Part shown: in pieces, positions 25,920 to 37,600 of the stretch
Layout: each line of letters begins with the position of its first letter
How positions within the stretch are numbered: the first letter of the stretch is position 1
The notes under the pieces: model-generated
What the model was told of the DNA's origin: nothing
Database searches by the model: none
Seen by the model: the letters and a program-made list of their open reading frames with translations, nothing else
Assembly: GCF_964355755.1 (NCBI RefSeq)
Contig: NC_092671.1
Coordinates: 38,636,304-38,700,303 of the forward strand
DNA length: 64,000 nucleotides
Reading direction: 5' to 3'
DNA from: Antedon mediterranea
Taxonomy: Eukaryota; Animalia; Echinodermata
Position numbers and translations under genes: made by a program

Positions 25920-26041
25920 TTAAAGAACACAATAATTAACACCACTAAGTAGGCCTATACATTCTCATAATCGAACATATTGGGTGATAGGTGTCACATC
26001 CACTGTTGATTGTTGATACAGCAACCTTACATTCTGTAAGA

Positions 26042-27431
26042 TTACCTGAAATCATCGCTACTAAACATACCCTACAAAAAAAAAACAATTTAAAGGTTAT
26101 GAATATTGTTTTGAAACTTATCTTTTGTATGGATTATTAAGGGCAAAAAGTGGCAAAACAAAACGCAAGATTTAAAGATGTATTGTCCCCCTGAAAAAAT
26201 AATTCTTCAAATTCTTTTTGGATGAATATGCCATTTCAATATCACATAATAGTTAAAAAGTGGATAGAAAAAAAAAAAAACTGTATTTACCTGCAAAAAT
26301 GTAAATTAAAGCAAAAAATAGTCAAATTGGCTGCCAGCCAATTGTTTTTTGGTTGAATGAAACCATTTATTTTGTCATTTTATAACAGAAAACAGTTCAT
26401 TTTTTTTTTTAACGGATGTGATTAACTTGATTTAAACTACAAAATAACCTATTCAAAGCCTGATTTAATTAATCTTTATTTTTCATGTTTTTTGGGAGAT
26501 AATACATTACTTTAAAATATAATTTACCTTAGCCCTTCTTAAAATGGAGTCTTTACTTGGATCATATGGACTATCTTTAGAAGGTATCTCAAGTACTGCT
26601 GGAATTGGTTCTGTGTGGTTGTCAATTGCATGTCGTATTAGCTCAGCAAAATTCTGATTTATTAAGATAATTGCTATGTCCTGACGGGCAAGAAACGTCT
26701 TGAAACAGTCTTCAATTTCACTTACACTTGTATCTGAAAGTAATTGAAATTTATTATTATTATTATAATTATTATTCAACTTCAAACAAACAATCAATAA
26801 TAAAAAAAGACATTCACGTACCCTTTTCAATGACTTTGAAATTTGGTTGTCTGCTTTTGTTCATTTCACCAATTCCACCAAGTAGAAAACCAGTGCAGGT
26901 GTCCTGAAAGTAAATATTTATTTTGATAAATTTAATTAAATATCAAATTAACTAAATACATTTGAAAAAAATAGTACATCATCAAATTATTGAAAAAGAA
27001 ACTAACTTACTAAGTTCCCAGTATTAAATATTTAGTAATATTTAATAATATTTTAAAATATAAAAAAATTATCTAAATAATATTAATAATATCATTAAAA
27101 ACATATTTTAGCCTTTATTTCAACGTTTATAATTAATATTTAATATACATTTAGTTTTTTATTTAAAAAAACAAAACTGCATGTTAGTCTAGGCCTAGCG
27201 AACAAACTGCAGGGCCCAGGTACGAGAGACCTGCTGGCACCCTCTCCTTTCTGCTGGCGTGGAGAAAAGTTACGGGTACGTCGTCGTCGTGGGCCTAGGT
27301 TTCTAGTCAATAATAAAAATCCAAAGCATCTAGTACTGATATAACATTAGGAAATATGTGGTACAATATATAACGCTTACTTCATCTCCAATTACGGCAA
27401 GTAAACGTCCTTTTTGTGATGAATGCGCCAT
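26042..27431 (-). CDS. ATP6V1F: V-type proton ATPase subunit F, 122 aa. Exons 27431-27381, 26903-26822, 26733-26528, 26071-26042
   Basis: LLAVIGDE|[13 protein letters not shown]...DIAIILINQ...[25 protein letters not shown]|[13 protein letters not shown] introns with consistent phase. Confidence 0.96.
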
Positions 27432-27835
27432 TATTTGTGTTTTTAGGAGGCCTAGGCTAGTGCAAATGTATTTTTTTTCGTCACCACCCCACCAACGATC
27501 ACAATATATCACGTGAATATAATTATAATATGAATTAAAACACACATTAATAAAAATAACTAAACAATTTAATTATTCTACAATAAAAATGTTTAATTTA
27601 ATTGAAATGCTAAAATATTATTTAAATTGCCAAAATTGAGTGCTATGTTCTCTATTCGCTGTTATAATAAACCTAAATCGAAGAATACAATTTATGTTTT
27701 TTACACTTCCGGGTCGTCTGCTAACATAACTTTTTAGAAATCAAATGAATCAGGTTATTTCAGCTTACCTTCCAACAAATGTACTGGTAAAAGATAATTA
27801 AAATACATTATTTTTCTATGAAATCCTGCCTTGGG
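27432..27835. promoter_or_regulatory. Bidirectional promoter of ATP6V1F and TMUB, with a TCACGTGA (CLEAR-like) motif at 27509 and an ETS-like CACTTCCGG at 27704
   Basis: Head-to-head genes. A plus-strand donor (gg|gtaagt at ~27834) fits a non-coding first exon of TMUB. Confidence 0.6.
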
Positions 27836-28402
27836 TAAGTATTTATTTTCGAAAATAATGAATAAAATTGATGCAATTGTTTTAACTCTCCATTCATTCT
27901 CTCATTTTCCTCCTCCAGAAACATTTTTCAATATTGGCCAGCGTTAACTTCTCCACAACACAAAATGGTCTACCCACTCTCTCGTACCACCAGCTGTCAA
28001 CATCCCGCATCCTCTACAGATTCTTCTCTAAGCAGTTTAGCCTGTCAACTGGACTGACTAGCTTGGAGACTTAGTGAATATACTGTATATTGCTGGTCCT
28101 TTTCACTTCTAAATCTAATTATAATATTAATTATTATTAATAACATTAATAAATGTGATTAGTTAATAACTGTTAAATTAGGATGTTTTCCCCCAGCCAT
28201 TTTTTTGAACAAATTTATTAAATATTTTTGGCATACAAACTCTGAACATGCAGGCATGAAATTTAATGAAAGTGGCCAATAATTAAACCCAATGACAATG
28301 TACATTACATACAGACGTGTAAGTAAGTCTACTTCATAACGCGCCATATCATTATATTAAACGCAACGTTACTGTTTGTTTTCCATTACACAGGAATTAA
28401 AG

Positions 28403-29691
28403 ATGCCTCTCATAGAAGGAATTGGCGACGAGGTGACAATAGTCATGTCCATCCTCCTTCTGGTCATCACGATGACCATAGCATGGATCTCAACATTGGT
28501 ATCGGAACGTCCTACAACCTCGTTGACCTTCACACGAAATGAGTATCTTGATCAAGACCTCATTCAAGAGGATGAACTGCCAGAAGAAGTTTATAATGAA
28601 ATTGACAACAATGCAACAGACAATGCTACAGACAATGCTACAGACATCGACCATGAGGTTGAAAATATTGCCCCTAGTGAAGAGGTCACAGAATCTGATG
28701 TCTTAAATGACCCTGATATGACATCATTGCCTGATATTCCGCAGGACACAAACCGTATTAATAATCAAAACTCTGAAGAAACATTAGAAAGTAATGACAA
28801 TGACGAGGTACTGCCAAGTATGGACAGCAGTTGTGAAAAAGACACAAACGATTCAAATAAAACTGAAGAATGTAACAAGGCTGATTCAGCTAGTAATCAA
28901 TCTGAAATTAAACAGGAGAAGGATATACCATCTGAACACATAGATTTAACTTTATCAGAACCTAATAATATATCAATTGATAATGACGTCGTTGAAGAGA
29001 TTCGTATTAGATTGAAATTTTTAAATGAAAGTGAACGAACTGTTAATGTTAATCCGAATGTCACACTATCACAATTCAAAAGGTAAAAACTTTCTTTCTA
29101 TTTAGTATTACTTGCAGCTTTTGTTGAGTGCTTCACTGATTTTGCTCTAAAGCTCTGTCCACACTATCAAACTAGTTTGACAAAAAAAAGTGTGATGGGC
29201 CCAAATATGGTAGTGATATGCTCAAATATTGTAGTGATATGACATAATCATGTCCATATATGGGTACATCACATTTTTTTGTCACACATAAAGTTTGATA
29301 GTGTAGACAGAGCTTTAAATGATAATTTTCTTTTCTTTACAGAGATGCATTTGTTGAAGAGATTAGTCAAGGATTAACATTACGTCTGATATTAAATGGC
29401 CACATATTACAGGAAGACCAAAGGACTCTCTCTCAACTTAACATCAACAATAACTGTGTTATACACTGCCAAATTCTAGAGGCGCGTACAACGACAAATG
29501 CTGCACCCATTGTCAATAACTCCGAACTAGATATAGGTCAAATTATGATTCCAATGTTTGCGGTCCTCTTAGGTTTAGTATGGTATGTCAGGTTAGAATA
29601 TAGACACCTCTTTACTGCTACTTCCACCCTGTCTCTGCTTGGTGTTAGTGTCTTGTTCTTCTTGGCTGTCTTAGCTTCTTGGAGATCTTAA
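28403..29691 (+). CDS. TMUB1: Transmembrane and ubiquitin-like domain protein (TMUB1/2 family), 342 aa. Exons 28403-29082, 29343-29691
   Basis: MPLIEGIGDEV followed by a TM segment and AWIST; UBL region IRLKFLNE...LRLILNG...NCVIHC; two C-terminal TM segments (VWYVRLEYRHLFT). Co-ortholog of vertebrate TMUB1/TMUB2. Confidence 0.9.
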
Positions 29692-29994
29692 TTTAAGAAC
29701 ATTATATAATGCTCTGTCTACACTCTCAAACTTTATGTGATGAAAAATGTGATGTGCTCATATATGGATACAATGACATCATATCACTAACATATTTGGG
29801 CACATCACACTTTTTTTGTGAAACTAGTTTGATAGTGTGGACAGAGCTTTATATTCCTCTCTCAAAACCATCGTATACTGTACCATTGCATAGCCTGTGG
29901 TTTGCATAGTGTGTACCCCAGTGTGTGTAAAGTCCCAATTTTTGATAAGCTATGTGAAAGGGTACAGTAAAGCAACTTGACTTGTTATCCTTAA

Positions 29995-30187
29995 AGCCAA
30001 TTTACACAGTCGAGTGGTAACAGTAAGCAGAAAACCTTTTAGCTTGTCCCAAGTAGAATCTGTAAGTAGAATCTGTATCCTGAGAGGAATCCGCCCGTCC
30101 GCTCCACGTTGTGTGTAAATGGTCATAACAAATAACATAGATTCAATACTTCTATTACTGTTACCGCTCATCTGTGTAAATCGGCCT
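29995..30187. mobile_element. Palindromic Harbinger-type MITE; second copy at ~43006-43190
   Basis: agccaatttacacag ... ctgtgtaaatcggcc termini; the two copies are similar throughout. Confidence 0.7.
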
Positions 30188-30366
30188 TTACACACCAAGC
30201 CCTAAAGAAATCATGATAAAATTGTGAGTTTTTAAAAATGCTAATTTTTTTGGTAAATTTATACCCGATAAAATAATGTTGCCAAAGACGTAAAAAAAAA
30301 TAGTCCTTTTAGTATGAGTTTACAAATACTGATCATACATATATTTAAAGGATGGTCATCCTTTTA

Positions 30367-30718
30367 CCCCGATTTTTCCACTAGGCGTATTTGTTCGCGC
30401 AAATCCATAAAAATCCCCTATTCTCTTTCCACTACAATAGCTGCATGGTTCATGTTCCTCGCGTGGCTGCTGAGCTTTTCGATTCGCATGAGTGCTCATG
30501 ATGAAAGTGTCGTAGCTCATTTCCTGAGCTCTGATTGGTTGTGCAATATTTCGGTTAGCACAAGGGAGAAACAATTCAAACTAGTAAATTTCGCTGCAGC
30601 GAAAAATCAGAGGAACTAGAATTCATCGCAGAAGGAAGTATACCAGACGGAAACTCGCATGCGCATAGCATGACGCTTTCGATTCGCGCGAACAAATTCG
30701 CCTAGTGGAAAATCGGCT
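30367..30718. mobile_element. Palindromic Harbinger-type MITE
   Basis: ccgatttttccactaggcgtatttgttcgcgc ... gcgcgaacaaattcgcctagtggaaaatcggct, with TTA flanks. Confidence 0.75.
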
Positions 30719-31424
30719 TTACTTAAGTATGTACGGTATATATGAATTATTGCAACTATGTGTTTTTAAATATTCATTGTGTATTATATCCATAGATACC
30801 GAAGTGCATTTTATATACAGTTTATATTTATTTTCAAACATTTTAACTCGCGAAAAGACAAAAACAGTTACAGCAAATGGATGTGATTTAATGCAATAAC
30901 TTTACATTATTTGATTTAAGCTTCGTTTCCACTTGGATTAAACTTCCCAAGTAATTTGACCAATCATGACACAATGGAACATTTGAACTGTCAATCGTGA
31001 TTGGTCAATTCACTGGAATGTCCAAGCTTTATGCATGATTTTTTTACTTTTTTGAATGTATCTGTAACATTCAATAAAACTGCACAAAACCCAGACTTTT
31101 TGTGCAATTGACTAAATATGTTGTATATTTCTTTTATATGTGTATTGGTATATACATTCATCTAGACTTGCCCCAAGTCTGTATTTTTAAAATTTATTTG
31201 TTTTCATTTTGACCGCGATTTTTGTCTGAAAAAAATCCAAAATCAAGTAGTATACGTATGAAACGCCATATGTGCCAAAATATTTATCTTTTTACTAATA
31301 TTAGGACAAAACTCTGTCTGGAACCCAGACTAACATTCATCATAAAAATCATGATTTTATTAGTCAACAGTTAAGGAAATTCAGCTCATGCTCTTTACAG
31401 ACATACAGTACTGTATGATAGCGA

Positions 31425-31540
31425 CAAGTTCTACCATGATCATCACACCGGGAGATGATCCTCTACTCTCTTTAAATAGTGTACATGCGCATTGTATTTA
31501 CATGAGAATAACAGCTTTACATCCCATCTGAAGGACCATC
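31425..31540 (-). mobile_element. SINE central-domain fragment (Deu/Nin-like)
   Basis: Reverse complement reads gtccttcagatgggatgtaaagctg...ctatttaaagagagtagagga...cccggtgtg. Confidence 0.45.
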
Positions 31541-32954
31541 TTTGTACATCTAAATTAAATATGACACTTTAACAATTTCTTGACCAATTCAACTTTAATA
31601 GAATATCAATGTGCTACATAATTAAATTTAAAGCTTGTTGGAATGAAACTAACACAATCATTTTACAGGAATAATATAAATGACATTAAAAGCAAAGGTC
31701 AATCAATACCCTTTGACCTTGAGAGGTCACCAGCTATTTGGGTCAACAAAGTCAAAATGTTGTAAACAAACTCATATGGAAAGGGCACATATTTTAACTA
31801 TAGAGGGTGCACTTTACCTAAAAAATGTTTTAATGTACATTTTAAAATTATTATTTCATACCTAACATGCAATATTACTTTTGTAAACGAATCCAAATAT
31901 TTGAATATTATTAAAGAGTGAATTGCTTCTTTTATTAATAAATTCTTACCAAATTCACAAAAATAGTACCGTAATTATGCAATTTACAAGTATTGGAATA
32001 CTTTTGAAGTTTGTTTCAAAAATATAATGTATGGTTTTAGCCGCCAGGGAAGATCACCCTCTTCCCTAGTTTTAGCACACAGTAAATAACAAGCCTCTCC
32101 TATTGGCCAGTTCATTGCGTTACATGGCATTACAATATGAGTGTGACCAGAGTTTTCTAACACAAGAGGGTGACCCAGAATTTCTATTAGAAGATGGGTG
32201 GTTTTATTTGTTTCTATGCGAACACAGGAATAGCCCCTTGCAATATGGAGTTAATGTTACATCATCATTTATCAGCTTTTAAGATATTTCTGCATAAATT
32301 ACTTTACAGCACCAATTACATAAGAATGTAAAATATGTTTATTTTATTAATACTAATATATATATATAGGCTATCTTAAGGACGGTTTTTGATTTTGAAA
32401 ACTTTAATTTTTTTTTTCAGGAAATATTTTTGTAATGTTATTTTTACCTATTGGAATTTAATTTTTCAATTTGTATGAACTTAAAATTAGTTACAGAGGT
32501 TCCGATTTGATACTATGGTAGTTTGTGTCTATTAAATATAGTAATAATGCAGGGACCACGGGGTACTTACAACTCTGTACTAAGAGTGTGGTGCGTTGTA
32601 ACTCATAAATAGAGGGCGCTTCACAAAAAATAAATGGCTTAAAAAAAAAAAATTTGCAAGGATTACTACCTGTACATACTTTTAGTAAATATGTTAATAG
32701 CACACAATTCTCGGGTACCTGAATTTGGAAATATTTAAAATTAAATAATGTAATTTGCATAGAAAACATTTTGACAAAATTTATAGGCAATTTTGTTTGC
32801 AAATATCACTACAATATTATATAATAGAAAACCAATTTAAGAAATTGGTTAAAAATAATACTTTCATGCGTTAAATTTAAGTTACATTTGAGTGACTCGG
32901 TAATTCAACTAACCCACGCAGTCTGCCACGCACTTGTTTAATTAGCGAACGACC

Positions 32955-33190
32955 TCAATTTTGAACCCTAGTATCCCTATGTATATTTATCAACAGGGTT
33001 TGGTGGGGTTTGGCGGGGGGAGGGGGAGGGAGTGTTTAGACAGTGGTCTCAATTTTGAACCCTAGTATCCCTATGTATATTTATCAACAGGGTTTGGTGG
33101 GGTTTGGCGGGGGGAGGGGGAGGGAGTGTTTAGACAGTGGTCTCAATTTTGAACCCTAGTATCCCATGTATATTTATCAACAGGGTTTAG
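32955..33190. repeat. ~92-bp G-rich tandem repeat, ~2.5 copies
   Basis: ctcaattttgaaccctagtatccctatgtatatttatcaacagggttt occurs three times. Confidence 0.9.
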
Positions 33191-33780
33191 AGGGGTGGGG
33201 GTTAAATGGGTGAGCTGGGAAAGTTAAATACCAAATGAAATATTTCACACTAAAGAATCAGTTTTCCACATTAATCAAGGACAGGTGTTTTATATCAAAG
33301 ATATATATCAATGTCCATATATTATAATTATTTACTATATTAATATTTCAGAATAAACTTTTTATAATTAGGCACACTTGTTTAGTAAGGGTACTACAAA
33401 CGTCTTTACATTACAGGAATAACCTGTATACAAGTCATTAAAAAAAATATTTTAATTTAAAGGAAAATATAAAATCCAAAGCAATGACAATTTGTCATGC
33501 CTTTGATACTTTTTAAATCAATTCTTTAACTATTTTGTTTTTAAGAAAACTTAGCAATTTCTGGACGTCTCTGATTGTTTTAATAAAGATACCTTTATAT
33601 TTAAAATGAAAATACAATTCAATGTTAGCTATATGGTTGCTATGTAGATCATGCTGCCTTAATTTGTTTTGGATTCATTGGCAATTACTAAATGAGTTGC
33701 TTTCAATTTTAGGCAAGTTTTCACTTAATACAAAAACAATAAAATAAGTTATGCAATATGGCCGCCACAGATCAGGACAA

Positions 33781-34288
33781 TAGGGAGGTTTTGCAACCTT
33801 ACGAATACGATAACGAAAACGGATACGTCATACATTTGTGAAACTTTTGAGGTGATCCCCATTTCATATTCGTAAAGCGTTTTTGTGTTGACGAATATCA
33901 CCAGTCATATTCGTAACTACAAAACGAGTATAGTTTTTGATCTATTTTGCACATTTTGCATTTGAATCATGAATGATTCATGATTATAATATAATTATAG
34001 ATTTATTGAAAGTAATTTACTAAAGTAATTTACTAAAATGCAAGTCAATTTTGATAAATAGCAGTTTTTAAAGTCCTCACTCGCTTTGATGTTACGCTAG
34101 GCCTAGGCAGCCAAGCACCAAGCAACACGTACCCGCGCTTCGCTCAAATTTACCGCAGTCATATTTTCGACGCGCCTCAATATTTTGTTGCCATGCGAAA
34201 CAGATTTTTTTATGGCTTACGAAAACGAATACGTGTGCGTGACGTATCCGTTTTCGTTATCGTATTCGTAAGATTGCGAAACCTCTCT
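33781..34288. mobile_element. MITE with ~50-bp TIRs
   Basis: tagggaggttttgcaaccttacgaatacgataacgaaaacggatacgtca ... tgacgtatccgttttcgttatcgtattcgtaagattgcgaaacctctcta. Confidence 0.8.
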
Positions 34289-34651
34289 ACTATTATCCAG
34301 TTAACTACAAAGTTTAGTATGTTGAATAGCTAGCTACAAGACTTGGAAGCTAACACATTCTAAACATCATATGAGCTAAATATACTAAACAATTACAGTA
34401 ATATCAAAATGCAATGTATATAAACATCATAATTTAAACAAAAAACTATGAAGTATGTATTATTTTATAATTTGATAAAATCAAAGAGAAAAGGAATTAA
34501 AATTTTATGTTATTTACAATTTGAGTATAGATAGTACCTCAGAGTAACATGATGTTTTAGTTTTAATTCTTTTCCCGTAACACAGACCTATTTTTAAAAA
34601 AATCATCTAAATTTACGCTCTGCACAAAAATCGCTGGATTACTAAGGCTAT

Positions 34652-37600
34652 CTAAACTTTCTCAACATAGTTTGAGGGCAGCATTCCTGTTCGACCTGTA
34701 CTCTCGACCGTTCCCGTCATCCATCCATCGTCTATGATCTCGGGGTTGATGATGAAATCGCCCTCGGAAAATGATACTTCATCATGGTCTGCAGCAGCGT
34801 AGTCGTAAAGCGCAACGTACCTCGTACTTCCCTGCAAAAATAACAAAATGTGGAGAAAAAAGTTGTAGCCTATAAATAGTGTTGTAAATGGTTGATGAGA
34901 TTGCAAATGGTTAATACGGCTTTACCACGTTGAAACACCGGTTCTCGTCAGATCACCAAAGTTAAGCAACGTTGAGCCTGGTTAGAGCTTGGATGGGAGA
35001 CCATCTGGGAATACCGGGTGCTGTATATGGAGCTGGGGTTCCATTAGGCATTTGAAATCAGCACTGCTGACTCTTATAGCAGCCCCTGGATCTAGTATCT
35101 GCCTCAGACGTATTGGCTTATGCCTTTCCTCTGGTCAAGGTGGGCTCTTGATCAATGTTAGGACCAATCAAGGTGCTTTAAATAGTCCTGGCTTTGTTTG
35201 TATCAAACCTGTTAGTGGCGGTAATTATCGCTGTTGGTTTCGATTGAATAAAATAAAAAAAAAAAAAATTTCACAAAAAGTTTTTCTCACTTTACAAACA
35301 TGGTTTATTATCTGTATAAAATTGAGTTATACCCATGAGGTTTGTTCACGCTCAATTATTTATTTATAGTGAGTGGCCGAGCGGTTAAGAAAGTGGAACC
35401 ATAATTACGTAGATAAAATTGACAAGGGTTCAAGTCTCACTCGCTCCTAGTTCTGGTGGTAGAACGAGTCTTCTCGGATAGGGACTAAAAACCGTAGGTC
35501 CAGTGTACACATCTGGCTTATGTGCACTTTAAAGAACCTAGTACATCTTTTGAGATTAGTAGGGGGTTACGCCGGTGTACTATTACATCACAGCCACTGA
35601 TCATAATTGGGCCCTCTGGGAGACCAGTCTTTGACTGAAGAGGTTACCCAGTATAAATAAATAATTAACTAACTCTACCCCTAGGATTTGGCTTCGCTGG
35701 TGGGTAGGTCACCTACAGGCCCATTGAGGGATGCCCATTGAGGGAGGGAAATGTTGGCAGATTGTATTCTTACCTGTACAGGAGCATGACCTCCAGCCTG
35801 TGGATATACTACTGCAGGTTGGTGTGCTATAAACAGAATATATAACAATCCTTTTAAAAAAAATACAAATTCAATTCGATCTAAAAATTGGATTAACAAA
35901 AGAATTACACAAAATAAATTTGTTAAAATGTGATTTTCTATCTTTAATATGTGTTAGTTAATTAAATTAGACTTAAAATTAATTGAACAAATATTTTGTT
36001 ATTTTAATTAAATCAAAATACTGTGTTCAATAAAAAAAATTAAATATATTTTAGTTAATACATCAGACAAACGAAACTATTAATAGGACGACAACAAAAT
36101 GGGACATGCTTTTTAAAAAAAAATCAAATCATTCCACATTAAAGAATATCTTGGAACACTCCATAAAGTCAACCATTCGAGAAGCTAACCATTCCAACAT
36201 TATCAATACAGCCTGTATTGGCAGAGTCTAGAGAGCAACCATTCCACATTCTCAATACAGCCTGTATTGGCAGAGTCTAGACAGCAACCATTCCACATTC
36301 TCAATACAGCCTGTATTGCCAGAGTCTAGACAGCAACCATTCCACATTCTCAATACAGCCTGTATTGGCAGAGTCTAGACAGCAACCATTCCACATTCTC
36401 AATACAGCCTGTATCAGCAGAGTCTATAGACCAACCATATCATTTTTTCAACAAATCTAATTTTGGACATAGTTATTGCAATTCAAAACACATACCGGTA
36501 CACAAAAAAAACTAAATTGATATTCACCCATGCTTTTATTTAAAAAATTAGTTGAAATATCAAATTTGATAATAAAGTAAATATTATTTACAAAAGATAC
36601 CACTGGGATAAAACATAATAGAACAATGAATTATTTTAATGAAAAAAAATAAAACAGAAATTAATAATGTATCTACAGAAAAAATAATATGTATTATGTA
36701 AACATCAAAAGAAAACCAATAAAATTATTAAACTATTTCTTATTATTATAATACCTACGGATGGTGTATACATTCAACTAACATAATAAACAGATTTAAT
36801 AGAACAAGTATGTCAACAAACAAGTATGTAAACAAACAAGTATGTCAACAAACAAGTATGTCAACAAACAAGTATGTCAACAAACAAGTATGTTAACAAA
36901 CAAGTATGTCAACAAAGAAATAAACATGTATGTAAACAAACAAACATGTATGTAAACAAACAAGTATGTAAACAAACAAACAAACAAACATGTTTGTAAA
37001 CAAACAAACATGCATGCAAACAAACAAGTATGTAAACAAACAAACAAACATGTATGTAAACAAACAATTATGTAAACAAAGAAACAAACATGTATGTAAA
37101 CAAACAAGTATGTAAACAAACAAACAAACATGTATGTAAACAAACAAACAAACATGTTTGTAAACAAACAAACAAACATGTATGTCAACAAACAAGTATG
37201 TAAACAAACAAACATGTATGTAAACAAACAAGCATGTTAACAAACAAACATGTTTGTAAACAAACAAACACGTATGTAAACAAACAAGTATGTTAACAAA
37301 CAAACAAACATGTATGTAAACAAACATGTATGTAAACAAACAGGTATGTTAACAAACAAACAAACATGTATGTAAACAAACAAACATGTATGTATGTAAA
37401 CAAACAAACAAACATGTATGTAAACAAACATGTATGTAAACAAACAAACAAACAAACATGTATGTCAACAAACAAGTATGTAAACAAACAAACATGTATG
37501 TAAAGAAACAAACATGTATGTTAACAAACAAACATGTATGTAAACAAACAAGTATGTTAACAAAGAAACAAACATGTTTGTAAACAAACAAACACGTATG

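Noticed and set aside
34912-35025. Functional 5S rRNA gene
   Set aside because: Multiple substitutions, degenerate ends, no oligo-T terminator, and fused to a poly(A)-tailed body.
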